A stretch of 64,000 nucleotides of DNA from Perkinsela sp. CCAP 1560/9 (GCA_965644495.1 CBFFSA010000001.1:1426001-1490000), one strand, 5' to 3'. Counted from the first letter of the stretch, positions 1 to 12,948 are shown. The notes: generated by a model from the letters alone, not told the origin. Program-made: numbers and translations.

Positions 1-82
1 GATGGTCTTACAAAAAACGATGGTCTTATAAAAAACGATGGTCTTACAAAAAACGATGGTCTTACAAAAAACGATGGTCTTA
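1..82. repeat. 18-bp tandem repeat GATGGTCTTACAAAAAAC (~4.5 copies, runs off window start)
   Basis: Units start at 1, 19, 37, 55 and 73 with no spacers. Confidence 0.95.
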
Positions 83-94
83 TGCAGTGATGCA

Positions 95-485
95 GTGCAG
101 CTGCACTAGCACGCGAGAGAGTGAGAGTACTGCCACGTGAGGCAGTGACTGCAGTGTAGCTGCAGTAGCACGTGAGAGAGTGAGAGTACTGCCACGTGAG
201 GCAGTGACTGCAGTGTAGCTGCAGTAGCGCCTGAGAGAGTGAGAGTACTGCCACGTGGGGAAGTGACTGCAGTGTAGATACAGTGGAATGTGAGAGAGTC
301 AGTGACTGCAGTGTAGCTACAGTGGCACGTGAGAGAGTGAGAGTACTGCCACGTGAGGCAGTGATCGCAGTGCAGCTGCATTGGCACGTGCGAGAGTAAG
401 AGAAGTGTCACGTGAGGCAGCGACTGCAGTGTAGATACAGTGGCACGTGAGAGAGTAAGTGTACTGCCACGTGGGGCAGTGACTC
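95..485. repeat. ~59-bp minisatellite (GTGAGAGTACTGCCACGTGAGGCAGTGACTGCAGTGTAG...)
   Basis: GTGAGAGTACTGCCACG recurs at 121, 180 and 239, then degenerates. Confidence 0.9.
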
Positions 486-529
486 ACGTTGGGTGAGTCC
501 ACTGAGTGAGTCCCACGGGGGTGGGAGAG

Positions 530-762
530 TGTTGTGGAAGAGTGGCCAGCTGGCCATGTTGTGGAAGGGTGGCCAGCTGGCCATGTTGTGGAAGTGACCA
601 TGTTTTGGAAGTGGCCATGTTGTGGAAGTGACCATGTTTTAGAAGTGGCCAATTTGTGGAAGGGTGGCCAGCTGGCCATTTTTTTTTTTTTTTTTTGGTG
701 GCCAGCTGGCCATGTTGTGGAAGGGTGGCCAGCTGGCCATGTTGTGGAAGGGTGGCGAGCTG
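530..762. repeat. 27-bp tandem repeat containing the palindrome TGGCCAGCTGGCCA, mixed with shorter GTTGTGGAAGTGACCAT-type units
   Basis: GTTGTGGAAGGGTGGCCAGCTGGCCAT is repeated. It lies just 3' of the Merlin transposase remnant. Confidence 0.9.
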
Positions 763-769
763 GCTTTCG

Positions 770-1710
770 CTACTGTTTTTCCGTAGCCATATTTGACGCA
801 TTGGAGAGCCACGTTTCACCGAAGGTCCATGGGTGTCGCCCCATAGTTGTAGTGTTGCTGTTTCGTCCATTGTTTAATGGTTCGATGCGCAGTTTCCGCG
901 TGATTGGTATGGTGGCCCAAGTGGTATAGTGACAAACTCCTTGCTGTGGTTTACAGTGAAATGCCGGAAATAATCCCCAAGATTCCAATACCCTCGCCAT
1001 TCATCCGTAACCACGACGGACCGAGTGCTTGTTAGATGAGGGGTTATAAAGTTCAGAGGGGTTTCTTGATCACGGCGCTTTACGAGTTTCCAGTGTGTTC
1101 GGCCCATTTTCTGATCATCGATTTCTGTCACCGTGACGAACCACCATCCTATTTTTCGGACCCTTTTTCCACGGTTATACCCTTTTTCCACGGTTTGTAT
1201 TTCCGTTTTCCTATGAATGTTTCATCCACTTGCAGTTTGGAAAAGTTAAAATCCGTGTTTTCTTGGTGGAACGCTGCTTTACCTACCATGTGAAGGAACT
1301 TTGTGACAGTGCCTTGCCGCACTCCACGGTTACGACTGATTTGCCCTGTCGTGAGGTTGTTCGCGATGTCCCCCCATATTAGAAGAAGAGTATCTATATC
1401 CACTCCAGAGCGACTGTTCAAAAAAAGGGGAGAATAGAAACGCTCGCGCACGACATGGGTTGCAAGCATCGTCAGCACGATACGTAAATACAGGGGGTGC
1501 GCGAAATTATGGGGGGGGGTCAAAATTCTTACAACTCGGCCAATTTTGGAAAATAATAGCGCATTCGAGAGCTCTCACAGAGTTACGTGTCATGTGATAT
1601 AACGTTTTACGTAGTTTCCAGGTATATGCATTCTCCTGGAGGGCGGAGGTGGCGGGGTGGCAAGAATTCAAAGTTTGAAGCACATGGTGCTCAGACAGCG
1701 AGTTCAAACC
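770..1710 (-). pseudogene. Merlin (IS1016/ISXO2-like) DDE transposase, frameshifted
   Basis: Motifs LQVDETFIGKRKY, RGKRV, VKRRDQETPL, VVTDEWRGY and HFTVNHSKEFV are split over ORFs 1149-1523, 874-1191 and 770-1000. Confidence 0.85.
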
Positions 1711-2538
1711 CGTTCATCGCAATATTCCCGGCGGCCTCACTCTAAGAGGCTGGGCTGATAACCGACTAGGCCCAGTACTCGGAGGACCGTCCCGGACCCT
1801 CCCCACAGGGAACCATCTCCCTTACCCGGCTTACACCTCTTGGGTAAGCTGTGTTGACGTGCAGTTCGTCGAAGCAGCGTGTTGGCAACAGCACGTTGGT
1901 GCCGCCTTGGGCAAGCGGAAACTGGTAGAGGACGTCGGCCTCGGAACTTCCAAATATGTCTGTGAAGGGTCTGGCTTGCCAGTGACCATCCGGAGCAATC
2001 CGGAATGATTTGGATTTTTTGGATTTTTGGCATTCTCCTGAATCCCGTAAAAAGGGCAACTGCAAGTTTTTTTTCTGGTAAGAAAAAAGTTAGTATCCAC
2101 AATTTCCACCTTTTTTCTCCAGCACAATTTTCACACAGGTTGAAACACTCTTCAAAGTCCTCAAAAATACATCGTATTGCGCCTCTTCTAATTTTTCGAC
2201 CCCAGAAGCGATCTCTCGTCTCAAATCTGCACGATTCGTTGGACAAAGCGAGTTTTTATGCTCGTCCATATCAGAATCGAGAATTTTTTAACCATGATAG
2301 TTTACGAGAGGAAATTTAGACGAGAACAAATACGAATTTGAAAAGACTTCTTTTTCTCAAATGGCCCTACGAGGCATATGATCTCTGATTATGAATTCAA
2401 TTATATCTTTCTCCCCGCACGAGAGAAGCCTTTGCGCTTTCTAGCTCGGGGAAAAACTTCGTGCGGGAGATACCATTTCTTTTCAGTGGGAATCTGCCAC
2501 GCCTGTTGCTTCGTATCTCCCTCGCCCCTTTCAATCTG

Positions 2539-2590
2539 GGTTCCTTATAAAAAGTGTGTTCTTTATAAAAAGTGTGTTCTTATAAAAAAT
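2539..2590 (+). repeat. 19-bp repeat TTATAAAAAGTGTGTTCTT after GGTTCC; possible DNA-transposon terminus
   Basis: The same repeat, ending in GGACC, occurs inverted at 50237-50285 and 58099-58165. Confidence 0.55.
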
Positions 2591-3571
2591 GTCCGTATGT
2601 TGTTTTTGCCGCATTTAACAGATTAGGTTGCCTTCATCCTTGCAAAGCTTCCATTAGAAACATTGATTATCAGTTTGAGGGGCCAGACGATGCGTTACCC
2701 CCAATGGCACAAAGTACGCGAAATGCACGGGAAGGCGATAAAATAAATATGCGATCGGGCATCGCATACGTTACAGTGCGTGGTGCTATTATGTGACGGG
2801 TTGCGGTGGTTGTAAAACTACCGCTCTACACTCGATTATTGAAAAAAAAGTGAACAAAAACAGTGAAAATATAAAGAGGAACACAGTAATATAATAGAAG
2901 AAAAAAATATAAAAGGGGGCTCCGGTGGACCAAAACAAAAAAAAAAAATCGAAAAAAATGGGGGGTCCAGGGGGGGGTTCAGGGAGGGGTCATGGTCGTG
3001 CAAATTTTTTCGAAAAAATTAGTTTTCGAAAACAAACCGCAGAAAGGGTAGCCGGGGTGTTGGCGCGTATTTTCCACCCCCCTACCCGGGGGTGACCCCC
3101 CCGCGTATCCGCAGGACGGGTCCTCCAAGTTCGGATTTTTTCGGAAAAGAAAATTTGAAAAAGATTTCAACTTGGCGAAAAAAATGGCAAAAAAAATATT
3201 TTTCCAAAATCATTTCCCCTATTGTATTTTAATAGTTTGGGACCTACACTAGCTTTCTCCGCAGTTGTTTTTGCAAGGTATCCATTCTTCGAACCGTGGT
3301 GCGCCCCTCAAAATGACCCATTTTTGACTAAAAAAGGTGAAAAAGTATTTTTCGGACCTAAAGGGCCATTTTAGTGTCGAAAGAATGGTATGGTTGGAGT
3401 CGCATTCTCTACCCAATACGTTCGGTAGGCTTCCATTCATGCCTACGAGTGATTTCCAACGCGCAAATGTCGGATTTAGTGCTCTGACAGCAAAAATACG
3501 CGAAAATCACCCAATTTTTACCCGAAATTCGGCTATTTTTGGCTATAATCTTTCCGTTTTCCAGGCTAAAT

Positions 3572-3688
3572 TTTCTTTTTTAGGCTCTTCGTTAAACGCG
3601 GCGGGAGTTTTCAACGCGAAGCGCGCAGCATGAGTAACTTCTAAGTTGAAAACAACCACCGCGTTTAACGAAGAGACTAAAAAAGAAA
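3572..3688. repeat. 44-bp inverted repeat pair with a 29-bp spacer (MITE/foldback-like)
   Basis: 3572-3615 matches the reverse complement of 3645-3688 with few mismatches. Confidence 0.8.
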
Positions 3689-4105
3689 TATTGCGGTGGT
3701 TGTAAAACTACCGCTCTACACTCGATTATTATGTGACGGGTTAATTACGTGACGGGTTAATTACGGGACGGGTATTTAAGGGACAATATAGGGGTGGGGT
3801 CATCCCTTTGGAATGGGACGAAAGAACTACGAATGTAGCGCCCAAGTAACAGAGCGCGCAAGTCATCAGGTACACATCAAAGTGTATTTGTAAGATAACT
3901 GAACGAAAAGAAGATAAGTAAAGGAAGCACACACACAACACACACACAACACTGAAGGCATTACCCTTCAATTGAGAAACTGTTCAAGCTTCACTAAATA
4001 TATGCTCCTAAAACTAGAACTAATAGAATTTGATTCCCACACCATCGTGCGCCCTATTGGTAGATATATTTTTCCATTACTTTCGTTTTGAGTACACCCC
4101 TGAGT

Positions 4106-4834
4106 TTACAGGTTGGATGTTCGGAAATGTTTCTTTTCGCTTTGTTCAAATTCTGCGTTAGCAAGCGAGGACGCGGTGTCTAGTAACTTACCTTTTCTCT
4201 TACGCCGCATCCGACGCTCCTCACGGGTTGGGTTCGTGGTTTTCTTTTCTATTGTTTTAAGGCACGCTATCCACTCATATTCGGAGTGGGCCGATTCATT
4301 TCCTCGGTTCAGGTTTTTTCTTCGTTTAGAAATAGGTTCCGAACTAACGAGCTTTTTACTTAAGGTATCCGCTTCTTCATTCCATTTATTCCCTGAATGG
4401 CCTCGGACCTTAATAAAGGTGATGGTTCTCCCCTGACAATGCGCTGATCGAATAAAACTATCCAGAAAACTAAGCAGATCGGAATTCGAGCCTTCAAAAC
4501 CAACCAGTCGATCTTTCCTTCGGCGCATATTTACAAAATTCCACACATAATACGAATCTGTGTGTACAACAACATTTTCAACTTCTTTTAGTTTACTCAA
4601 ACCAAATAGGGCAGCGTGAATTTCGGCTCTTTCAGGAGATTTGGTTTCCAGGTAGGATAGGGAGGACGAAAAACTTTCATGCTTCTCTGCGTTTACTATT
4701 ACACATCCAACTGCTACCTTTACCCTTGTGTCCGTATCATCGGAGATAGAAGCATCCACGTACGCATGCATTTCCTCTGGTTTTACAGGAAAAGGGGTTT
4801 CCCCTTCTTCGATAAATTCTAATTTATTACACAC
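4106..4834 (-). pseudogene. RNase H1-like ORF, 5'-truncated retrocopy (RH1) with 3' UTR to ~3815
   Basis: YVDAS, ERAEIHA, HTDSYY and KVRGHSGNKWNEEAD: the catalytic D-E-D-D residues are intact. Homologous to 15462-16418. Confidence 0.85.
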
Positions 4835-4839
4835 ATTTA

Positions 4840-4865
4840 TTTCTGTACCTTGTTGTACCTTGTTG
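4840..4865 (+). other. Spliced-leader 3' remnant with stutter (TTTCTGTACCTTGTTG+TACCTTGTTG)
   Basis: Matches the SL 3' end and lies 25 nt upstream of ATG 4891. Confidence 0.85.
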
Positions 4866-5435
4866 ATTTCTTTTCTATATCGACTTTTTAATGTTCACCC
4901 GACAAGCGTACAGAACACGTAGGGAGGACTTTGAAACGACGACGCCACAGAACATGGAAGCGAAACAAATGGACATCTGTTCCACTCGAATTGACAAATC
5001 CGGAGAAGCACAGGAGCCTCACTACAAGAGTGCACAGGAATCCTTTGCGAAGCCGAAGAAAACACCAAGAATTCGGGTTGTCATGCAGAGCTCTGGCAGA
5101 CCGCTGTCATCAAATTGGGCAGATCATGAAATGCATGATTTCGAATCGCGACATATCCCATCTAGCCATCGATCGGCTCGGAATCATGAGAAAAGCTGTG
5201 AAGTCGATTCCTCGGAAAGCTGCGATTCACCGAGTGAAGTTTCTGAGGAAGGACACGACTCGGATACTATGTCGTTGGATGGTGAAAAAGAAGGCATCAA
5301 TTGCATTGGTTTCTCCAAGGCCCCAGATCAGGTACACAACATAATAAACGAGTGGGGCAAAGGCACAACTGGTGCGATTCAATGGAGCTTTCGAAGAATC
5401 AATGAGAAATATAGTTCCGTTGGAGAAGTCGTTAA

Positions 5436-6265
5436 AAGAATAGCAGAAGTTGCAAAGATTTTGCAATCGAATCAAAACTCTCTGGAAAAATGGCACGCAT
5501 TGCAGTTTCAAGAGGAGGGTGAGACACTTTGGCCCCATAACAACTTGCTTCATATATATTGTGATGGTTCAGTGAGAAAGCTTTCGAACAATATATTCGC
5601 AGGGGCATGTGCTGTAGCCTTCGAAGGAAACGAGATTCTAGCGACTAACGACAAAACGTTGGACTCTATTAACGCAACACCAATACGGGCAGAGCTTTCA
5701 GCTTTCTTATTGGCATTATCAACTGGTCAAGAGAAGAACGTATCTTTCATAGTACACGTAGACTCCGAGCATACATGGAATTTCTGGCACAATTACCGTC
5801 GCGCATATCAACTGGGTCATTATGATGGACTTGAGAATGCCGATTTGTTGATTCAAATAAACAGTCTAGCACAGGAAATAAACAAGAAACATGAAATTCT
5901 AGTTGTCAAAGTCAGAGCACATTGTGGTAACTCAAGGAATGAACATGTGGACCAAATTGCAAAGGAAAGTGCAACATCTGAGTCTATAAGCGTCGCGGAG
6001 CCCTATATGAATATATGGAGTATCATTCTGGCACAGCAGCACAAAACATCGATGGCTCCGTCAATTTCGTCTGAACGGCAGCATCCAACAAACATATCGC
6101 CTGTGAATATTGCGTGTAAACATCCGTGTAAAGATAAAAGAACGTGTGGTCATAAGTGTTGCAAGCGACATTTGTGAATAGCATTGAAAGGTTATTAATT
6201 TAGTGACATAATCAAGGACTCTTAGCCACTTATAACACAGTGGTGTATTATTATTATTATTATTA
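5436..6265 (+). pseudogene. RNase H1-like retrocopy (RH2) with a C-terminal Cys/His cluster, inserted in frame into A2
   Basis: YCDGS, RAELSA, HVDSE, KVRAHCGNSRNEHVD and CKHPCKDKRTCGHKCC; stop at 6177; (TAT)n tail; flanked by TTAA on both sides. Confidence 0.8.
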
Positions 6266-7313
6266 TTAAGAGGACGGTCCGGAAAGGCATCGTGAAACTC
6301 AAAATAGCTTACAAACCTTGCGTCGGACATGAGGGGCCCTCAGGCTTTCTTTTTCTTCCCCAATCAGACAAAATAAGAATTTGGTCAATCCGTACGATAA
6401 GCGTCAACAAAGTGCCGGCATTAGGGACGGTAACGCTCGAAGAAGATACCGATGAAGAGCCAGAGGACCTCGGCAATGACCTTAAACGTGACTTAGAACC
6501 TCTACCAACGATGGCTCAAATAGATCCCTCTTTTGCGGTACATGTAGTCGCCATCTTCCGCGCCATTGTTAAAGAATATCCAAAGTCCTCGATGGAGTCA
6601 GAGAAAACAAGAATTTGGCATAAACCCCTCAATGCGCCAAGAGATTCTTTAGCAACAGTACGGAACAAGTTGCAAAGACGTCAGAGCTCCGCAAAAATGC
6701 GCAAAAACTTTGAACACATGGAAGCGGGAGAACATCTTAGTGAGGCACAACGTCTGGAATTGGAAATCGACCGTCGCTCGATAAGGAATGCACTACAAGC
6801 GGCCAAGGCGGACAACCTCAGCAAGGCAACAAGAATTCTAGACAATATATACAAAGATTCATTCCTCAATGCTGATGAGAAGTCGAACAAGCTTAGCGTC
6901 CTTCACCCCAAAGGTCCCTTACCACAAAACATCGATGGAGACTTCCCTCGAATCGGGGTAGTTGATCAATCGGAGTTGCGTCAAGCGACGGCAAGGCTAT
7001 CAAAAGGATCATCGCCAGGGCCCACAGGATTCAGTGAAAACATGATGAGACTTCTGGTAGAGGATGAGGAATCGTGTCTCGCACTCTGTCACATGTTCCG
7101 CGACGTCATCAACGGAGATCTCGCAGAAAACGTTCGTCAACGCCTAACTCGCTGCAGGATCATCGCGTTAGCAAAACCTCAGAACGGGATACGACCAGTG
7201 GCAATGGGAGACACTATCCTCAAGATCTGCGGAACGATTCTTTTAATGCGACACAGCAATACAGTGGAGAAATTTTTCCAGCCAGTGCAGCGAGGTATTC
7301 TTCAACGGAATGC

Positions 7314-8035
7314 TACTACACGGCACAATGCCTTAGTTCGACACATATACGATCTGTGCCTGAAAGCTGGTCTTCCGTGCGAGCGAGAGCCTCGGCAGTT
7401 CTCGACATTTCGTTGTGTGAAGTGTGCAGAAACGGTGGCTGATGGCCAAAAACTACATCATCAGAGGAAATGTGGCACACATTCGTTTCACCGCAGTGGA
7501 CCTGACTTAGTTGTGTTCTGGGCGACGGGCGAAGTTTATTACGATCTCACAGTAGTCAACGAACTTGCGAAATCACACTTGGGAAAAAAAGCGAGTCACC
7601 TATTACAAGAGGCTCAAAAAAAGAAAGTCGCAACATATGTGGACTCCAATTTAATTCCGCGCGAGCAATTCGTATGCCTACCGCTTTTGACAGGTGGTGC
7701 CATGAACAAGAGCACTATAAATTTCCTCCATAGCCTCGCGGATGCAAACGGATTCGAACGCCGTCATATTCTTGAGGACTTCAAGTTGCTTCTTCAAGAA
7801 TTGAACGGAGCTCTCCTGGCTTCGCAACTGCGAAAGACAATGCAATAAAACAGGTCATCTCATATTACAAGATGTTATTATTACAAGATTTTATCATTAC
7901 TAAGATCACTATCAGATTACAACCAAGCACTAATCGAATAGCTTTTTTAATTGCTCGATTGTCGATTTCTCGCAATACAGAAAATCTTTGTATTAAGACC
8001 ACTTTTTATATTAATCTCCAAGGAGAAGAGCTGGC
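7314..8035 (+). mobile_element. Family A RLE endonuclease plus 3' UTR fragment nested in A2
   Basis: RHNALV...SGPDLVVFW...YDLTVV; TSD ACGGAATGC at 7305-7313 and 8036-8044. Confidence 0.85.
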
Positions 8036-9045
8036 ACGGAATGCGTGTGAATCAATAGTTCATGAGCTTTTGGACGAACACGACGCCGGCTACTCGATTC
8101 TCACAGTGGATTTTAAGAATGCCTACAACACACCGCATCGTACTGCAATTGCTCAAGCCCTACTACAACAGCCTTCGATCTTCAAACCTTTCATGAGAAT
8201 GTTTTACCTAGAATACGGCAAGCCTTCAGATCTCCTTTTCTTCGCAAACAATTCGTTACACTCCGTGATTGAAAGTTCTTGTGGGGTCAGACAAGGGTCC
8301 GCCCTATCCTCGCTCTACTTTTGTGCGTTACTGCAGGGTCCTTTGAAGGAAGTCGCCAGTCTTTACCCGGAGGTCAAGATAAGAGCATATCAGGACGACG
8401 TGACAATGAGTTCAACAAATTCGACATCCCTAGCAGCAGCATTCCTCCATTTGCGAGAATCAACTCAGGATTTGAACCTAGAAATCAATTTCAACAAGTG
8501 CGAATGGTTTAAGTCTTCAAAGACACAAGAATTTGACGCTTCACCTCTACGAACGCTGGGAGTTAAAAAGTGTGAGGATTCAATCAAAGTTCTAGGGGGA
8601 TACATCGGCAGAGATAAAATAGTAGAAGAGAAGCTCCTCGAGAAAATGTCAAAACACGAATGCCTGTTTCGAAGGTTGCGCATCATGGGTCCGAGCAATT
8701 TGTCATTAGCAATTCTAAAACGATGCACAGTGCCGCGTCAAGATTACCACCTTAGAGTGCACAAACCAGTGGCAACCCTTTCATTGGCAGAAGAGTTCGA
8801 CAAAGAAATTCAATCTGTCATGATGAAATGGTGCGGAGCGAACGGTGACTCCTTAAAACTTGCCACTTTGCCATGTAAGTTGGGAGGTTTAGGTATTATT
8901 TCGACTGTTGTGAAGCAACGTTACTTTTTTGAGGCCTCGCGGAAATCTATCGAAGAGCTTTTCAAACCCACTAACGCTCCGGTAGGTTGCACGGGAACTC
9001 AGACGAGTCAGAGCCTCATGAAGAGTCAGAATCAAGCATCACGCA

Positions 9046-11595
9046 CTTGTTGAATCAAAATCATTTTTGTATTCTTACTCTTCCCGTTATGGGTATGTTC
9101 ACACGCAGCCGGGCGAAGGACACTGGAGTAGCTCCTGTGATCCAACCGCTGCCACCGACCCGTCGAAAGAAAAAACCTCCTGATGAGCGGCCTCCGACAT
9201 CGCCGTCCTCGCCACTACCGTCTTCCTCGACACCGAATTTCCAGTTTCTGCCTCCGCCCTTGCCTCCGCCGTCGTCTGTTCCCTCTGCTCCGCCATCTTC
9301 CGTCCCCTCCAACCCGCCGTCGTCAGCGTCCACGCCTCTGCCGCAGCCTCAATCGCCACCGCAGTGGGAGCAACAAACCGAAGAAGCGGAGGGACAGCCC
9401 ACAATGCACACCCTTTCACGGAGAGCGCGAGCGAAGAAAGTACGTCAGCAGCGACCTAATCAACAACCGGAATCAATCCCCGCAGAATATCCAAAGATAT
9501 CGCCGGATTCGATCGAAGCGATTGCAAAAAAAACTTCTGAGGGGCGCGAGAACTTGTCCGTCGACAATGATCAACTCAAGTTCCGTCAGTGTAAATCATC
9601 CGAAGATGTCTCATCCGCGCAAAAGCAAATCAATGAAGAATCTCCCAAAGCAAAGGATTTATCCGACGCAATTGAATCATTTGTACGACGCCCCCGGCTA
9701 AAAGTTATAATGGGTAAGAAGACGCCTGCCAAAGAGGCAAAAATTCAAACAGCGAACAACATTTCTTTTTCAAAGATCAGCGCCAATAGAGCCCAAACAA
9801 TCCAGGATGACTCGTTGCAGACGACGCGATACCCCGCAAACACACGCCATCACGCACTGGATGCACCAACGGACACGCCAGCAGGAATCGCACCACACGT
9901 GAAAAAAAAAACACACTTGAATCAAAAAAGCACATCGGAAACACAAGAATCCGATGTGTTTTTTTCGGAAACACAAGAATCTAGTCTCGGATCGGTAGGA
10001 AAAGTTGCCTGCATAGTCGGAAAAACTGTGTGGAAAGGCTTGCAAATGATCCACGATGCTTCAAATTCAAAGTCTACGGAGGTCGTAGACGAGCTTAGTA
10101 GATCGAATAACGTTGATCCCATGATTATAAATCGCCCACCCGCACGGGAAACAACAAGTCCAGGTACTCCAGAAACCCGTTCAATGGATTCGACAAAAGA
10201 AGTTCAAGTTTCACCAACAGTGTTGCAAGTCTCACCGGAAACACCCGTAACACACAACTTCCACGACTGCATATCGCCATCTCCGGAGCTATCCCAAAAG
10301 TGCAGGTCACCCAACACACGAGCTGCGGCAATGGACGATGAAGAAACGGGGGATGCTGTTACGCACGAAGCACGCAACACTACAATCGAATCCAAAAAAA
10401 ATCAGAACAGTGCCATAATATTCGTAGGCCATAGCGAAGATGAAGTGGAGAAACGAGCCCTGGAGCTGATGCAGTCGGCGAAACCAAATTCTCAATTTCC
10501 CCTGTCTTCGGAAGAAATCTGGTCGCGCTCGAAAACCATAAAAAACGGAACGACCTGCACAGTAGCATGGACGTGGGACCGACAAACGACACTCAACATT
10601 TCGCTAGGAAAAGTGGTAAAAACGTACAAACGGGCATCCAAAGGTAAACTTACTATTCAATATACAGGAGTCGTTGGACATAAGGCAGGAGAGAATTTTG
10701 ATGGATGTATCCCACCACAAGAAAACGTTCGTGTCTTTCAAATTCTGTGGCACTGCGCCCCTCCTCCGATAGATTTTACGACACCGGAAGTGCTTGAATA
10801 CACACCGCCGGTGGGAAGCACCCAACAAACAGCTCCTGACGAAGACGTAGACCACCTACCAGTGCCAACGGCGCGCAGCTTCTCCCCTGAGTTTGTGCCG
10901 TGCGTAGTTGCGGTGTACCGGGATATTATGTTCGCCTATGAAAAAAGCGACTACGCTGGGCGCCACAAAATCTGGAATCAAACACTTTCAGCGATGAAAG
11001 TCTCTCTGGCAACAATTCGAAGCTCTAGCGGACGACAACGACGGCGGAAACCACACAAGGAGCACACGAGCCCGAAGGACGGCTCATCAGAAGAGGCAAA
11101 GACAACTGCCGATGACGTGCGAGCAGTAAAGAAAGCGACAAGACTCGTGCTTGAGGGGTGCTCCACTAAAGCGGCCAAGGTCATGGGTCAGACCTTCACC
11201 CGCAACAAGCTGTCCGACGCCGAAACGCTGGAAAAATTGCGAATGCTTCACCCTGAACAAACATGTGACTTCAAACTGCCAGATGACGCGCCAATCATCG
11301 CCGGGATCTCTCCAGAGGAGCTGCGTGCAGCAGGTCGAAGGCTAGCGAAGGGAGTCAGCCCAGGCCCAACGGGAACGACTGACAACGTGCTACGACTTCT
11401 ACTGGACGATGAAGTGTGCTGCACGAGCCTTTGTCACATGATGGCCGATCTACTGAACGGTTTTCTTTTGCGACAAGTTTTACGGCGGCTAAACAGAGCG
11501 AGGTTGATCGCTATCCCGAAACCAGATGGAGGCGTTCGGCCGGTTGCTATGGGAGACGTTTTTGGAAAGATAGCGGGAATCATTCTTTTTCAACG
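9046..11595 (+). mobile_element. Family A element A1, 5' half (SL remnant, ATG 9089, Pro-rich N-terminus, Tudor-like domain, start of RT)
   Basis: CTTGTTG at 9046-9052; MGMFTRSRAK; KPDGGVRPVAMGD. Continues at 29907 with 10 bp missing relative to the copy at 19801-19830. The reconstructed ORF is 1482 aa. Confidence 0.88.
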
Positions 11596-11609
11596 TAAGG
11601 AAAGTTGCT

Positions 11610-12749
11610 ATGACTTCATCGACGCGTTCTTTACGGAATTTACGGAGTGTGTCACCCGGTGCAGACGAGCTCGCGCCTACCGAGCCGCTGCCTGCACAGG
11701 CTTTGAATCAACTATGTACGGTTGTGAGAGAAAAGTTACTTGTTGCTCAAGGTGAAAGACCAAGTGTAAGAGTTCGTGCGGTATTTCGCAGGAAGGATGA
11801 ACCGAACGAGCCCACACAGATGCTGGAGGGGAAGATACGAAAGGAAGGATTGGAGTTGTGGGGGGTATGGTCCGACGAGCCAAATAAGGAGTATCCCTTT
11901 CCCTACAGCGAGTTGAACTATTATCGAGTTGACATTCAGGACGAAATGCGTATTACGGAATCCGAAAACTTGCGTACTTCTAATGATCCGACTGCGGTAT
12001 TACCGCGAACACAGACTATGACATCTCGAGTTCCACGTCCGGTGACTACTACTGACCATGGAGAACAGGGATTGCCAGGAGACCTTTCTGCTAGTGAAAC
12101 GACTCCCCCCATTCTTGATCCCAATGCACTGGACCCGTACGAACCAATCACTTACGAACCATGGCTTCTAACATTGGATGAGGGTGGCTTTCGTACCCGA
12201 GACTTAATGCGCGAGTTGCGTGACGCTCCCGAGTTTGGATTAAGGGTCAATCAGTTCTTCCAGGATCGTTCTTTTGTGAAACAACAGGAGCGGAATTTTA
12301 CGGGGATCTTTTGCAAGTGGATCGTATTGGCCCGTCAGACGCCCGGATGGAATCAGGGGGCTTTTATTGAAATGGGAAGAGCCATTGTTCAGATGCTTCG
12401 GGATGCATACTGGCGTGCACGTCGTGTTGATGTAGAGTTAGTCCACGAAAAATTACAGAAGGAGGTTCGGCCGAACGATAAATTTTACCATCACGTAAGC
12501 GATCAGCTTGCTGAACGACAGAAGCACTATGCTCGCGCGTACACGACCTACACGGCGCAATCTACGGCAGCTCGTTCGTATCCTCAAGATTCGGGGTTTA
12601 ACCGACCACCTACAACATTTCGCAGAGGAGGGCTTTGCTTCGGATGTCGCTCGCCTGACCACATGTGGCGGAACTGCCCAAAACGCTTCCAACAACCGGA
12701 TTTTCGTTCAAGGGTGGCTGGCCCTGCGCACAGCGGCAAGAACTTCTGA
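11610..12749 (+). CDS. Gag-like protein with a CCHC zinc knuckle
   Basis: Intact 379-aa ORF containing CFGCRSPDHMWRNC. Confidence 0.8.
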   Translation: MTSSTRSLRNLRSVSPGADELAPTEPLPAQALNQLCTVVREKLLVAQGERPSVRVRAVFRRKDEPNEPTQMLEGKIRKEGLELWGVWSDEPNKEYPFPYSELNYYRVDIQDEMRITESENLRTSNDPTAVLPRTQTMTSRVPRPVTTTDHGEQGLPGDLSASETTPPILDPNALDPYEPITYEPWLLTLDEGGFRTRDLMRELRDAPEFGLRVNQFFQDRSFVKQQERNFTGIFCKWIVLARQTPGWNQGAFIEMGRAIVQMLRDAYWRARRVDVELVHEKLQKEVRPNDKFYHHVSDQLAERQKHYARAYTTYTAQSTAARSYPQDSGFNRPPTTFRRGGLCFGCRSPDHMWRNCPKRFQQPDFRSRVAGPAHSGKNF

Positions 12750-12948
12750 CAAAGTCCCACCCAAACGGCCAGTACAATCAGTTTCAAGAGAGACAGTATA
12801 ACAATAATGCCAGTATCAAAGAGGAGGAAACTACAAACCGAAGATTCAAACAGCCAAGCTGGGAAGGTCCACAGTGTTGTAAACTTGAAAGGGAGAATAT
12901 TGCGCTCCGGGCACGTTTACGGGGGAACGCTAAGCGTTCAAACAACAC

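Larger units (their letters stand above)
4840..9045 (+). mobile_element. Family A CRE-like non-LTR element (A2), SL-capped, 3'-truncated, interrupted twice
   Basis: Pieces 4891-5435, 6266-7313 and 8045-9045 rejoin into one frame: MFTR N-terminus, ...GEVVK|RTVRKG..., KPQNGIRPVAMGD, VDFKNAYN, GVRQGS, YQDD. Confidence 0.8.

Noticed and set aside
1-762. CRISPR array
   Set aside because: These are head-to-tail repeats without unique spacers; there are no cas genes and the context is eukaryotic.
4891-6177. 428-aa ORF as a genuine gene
   Set aside because: It is a chimera of the A2 N-terminus and an in-frame RNase H insertion. A2 resumes at 6266 and completes the split Tudor-like domain.
7305-7320. 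Selection for in-frame fusions (5435, 7313, 46216)
   Set aside because: There are few cases, each has a one-in-three chance, and microhomology contributes; other junctions are out of frame.
8987-11755. 922-aa ORF (also the 518-, 872-, 658- and 584-aa ORFs) as called in the ORF track
   Set aside because: Their ends run across insertion junctions or poly(A) tracts; the true boundaries are given in the features.
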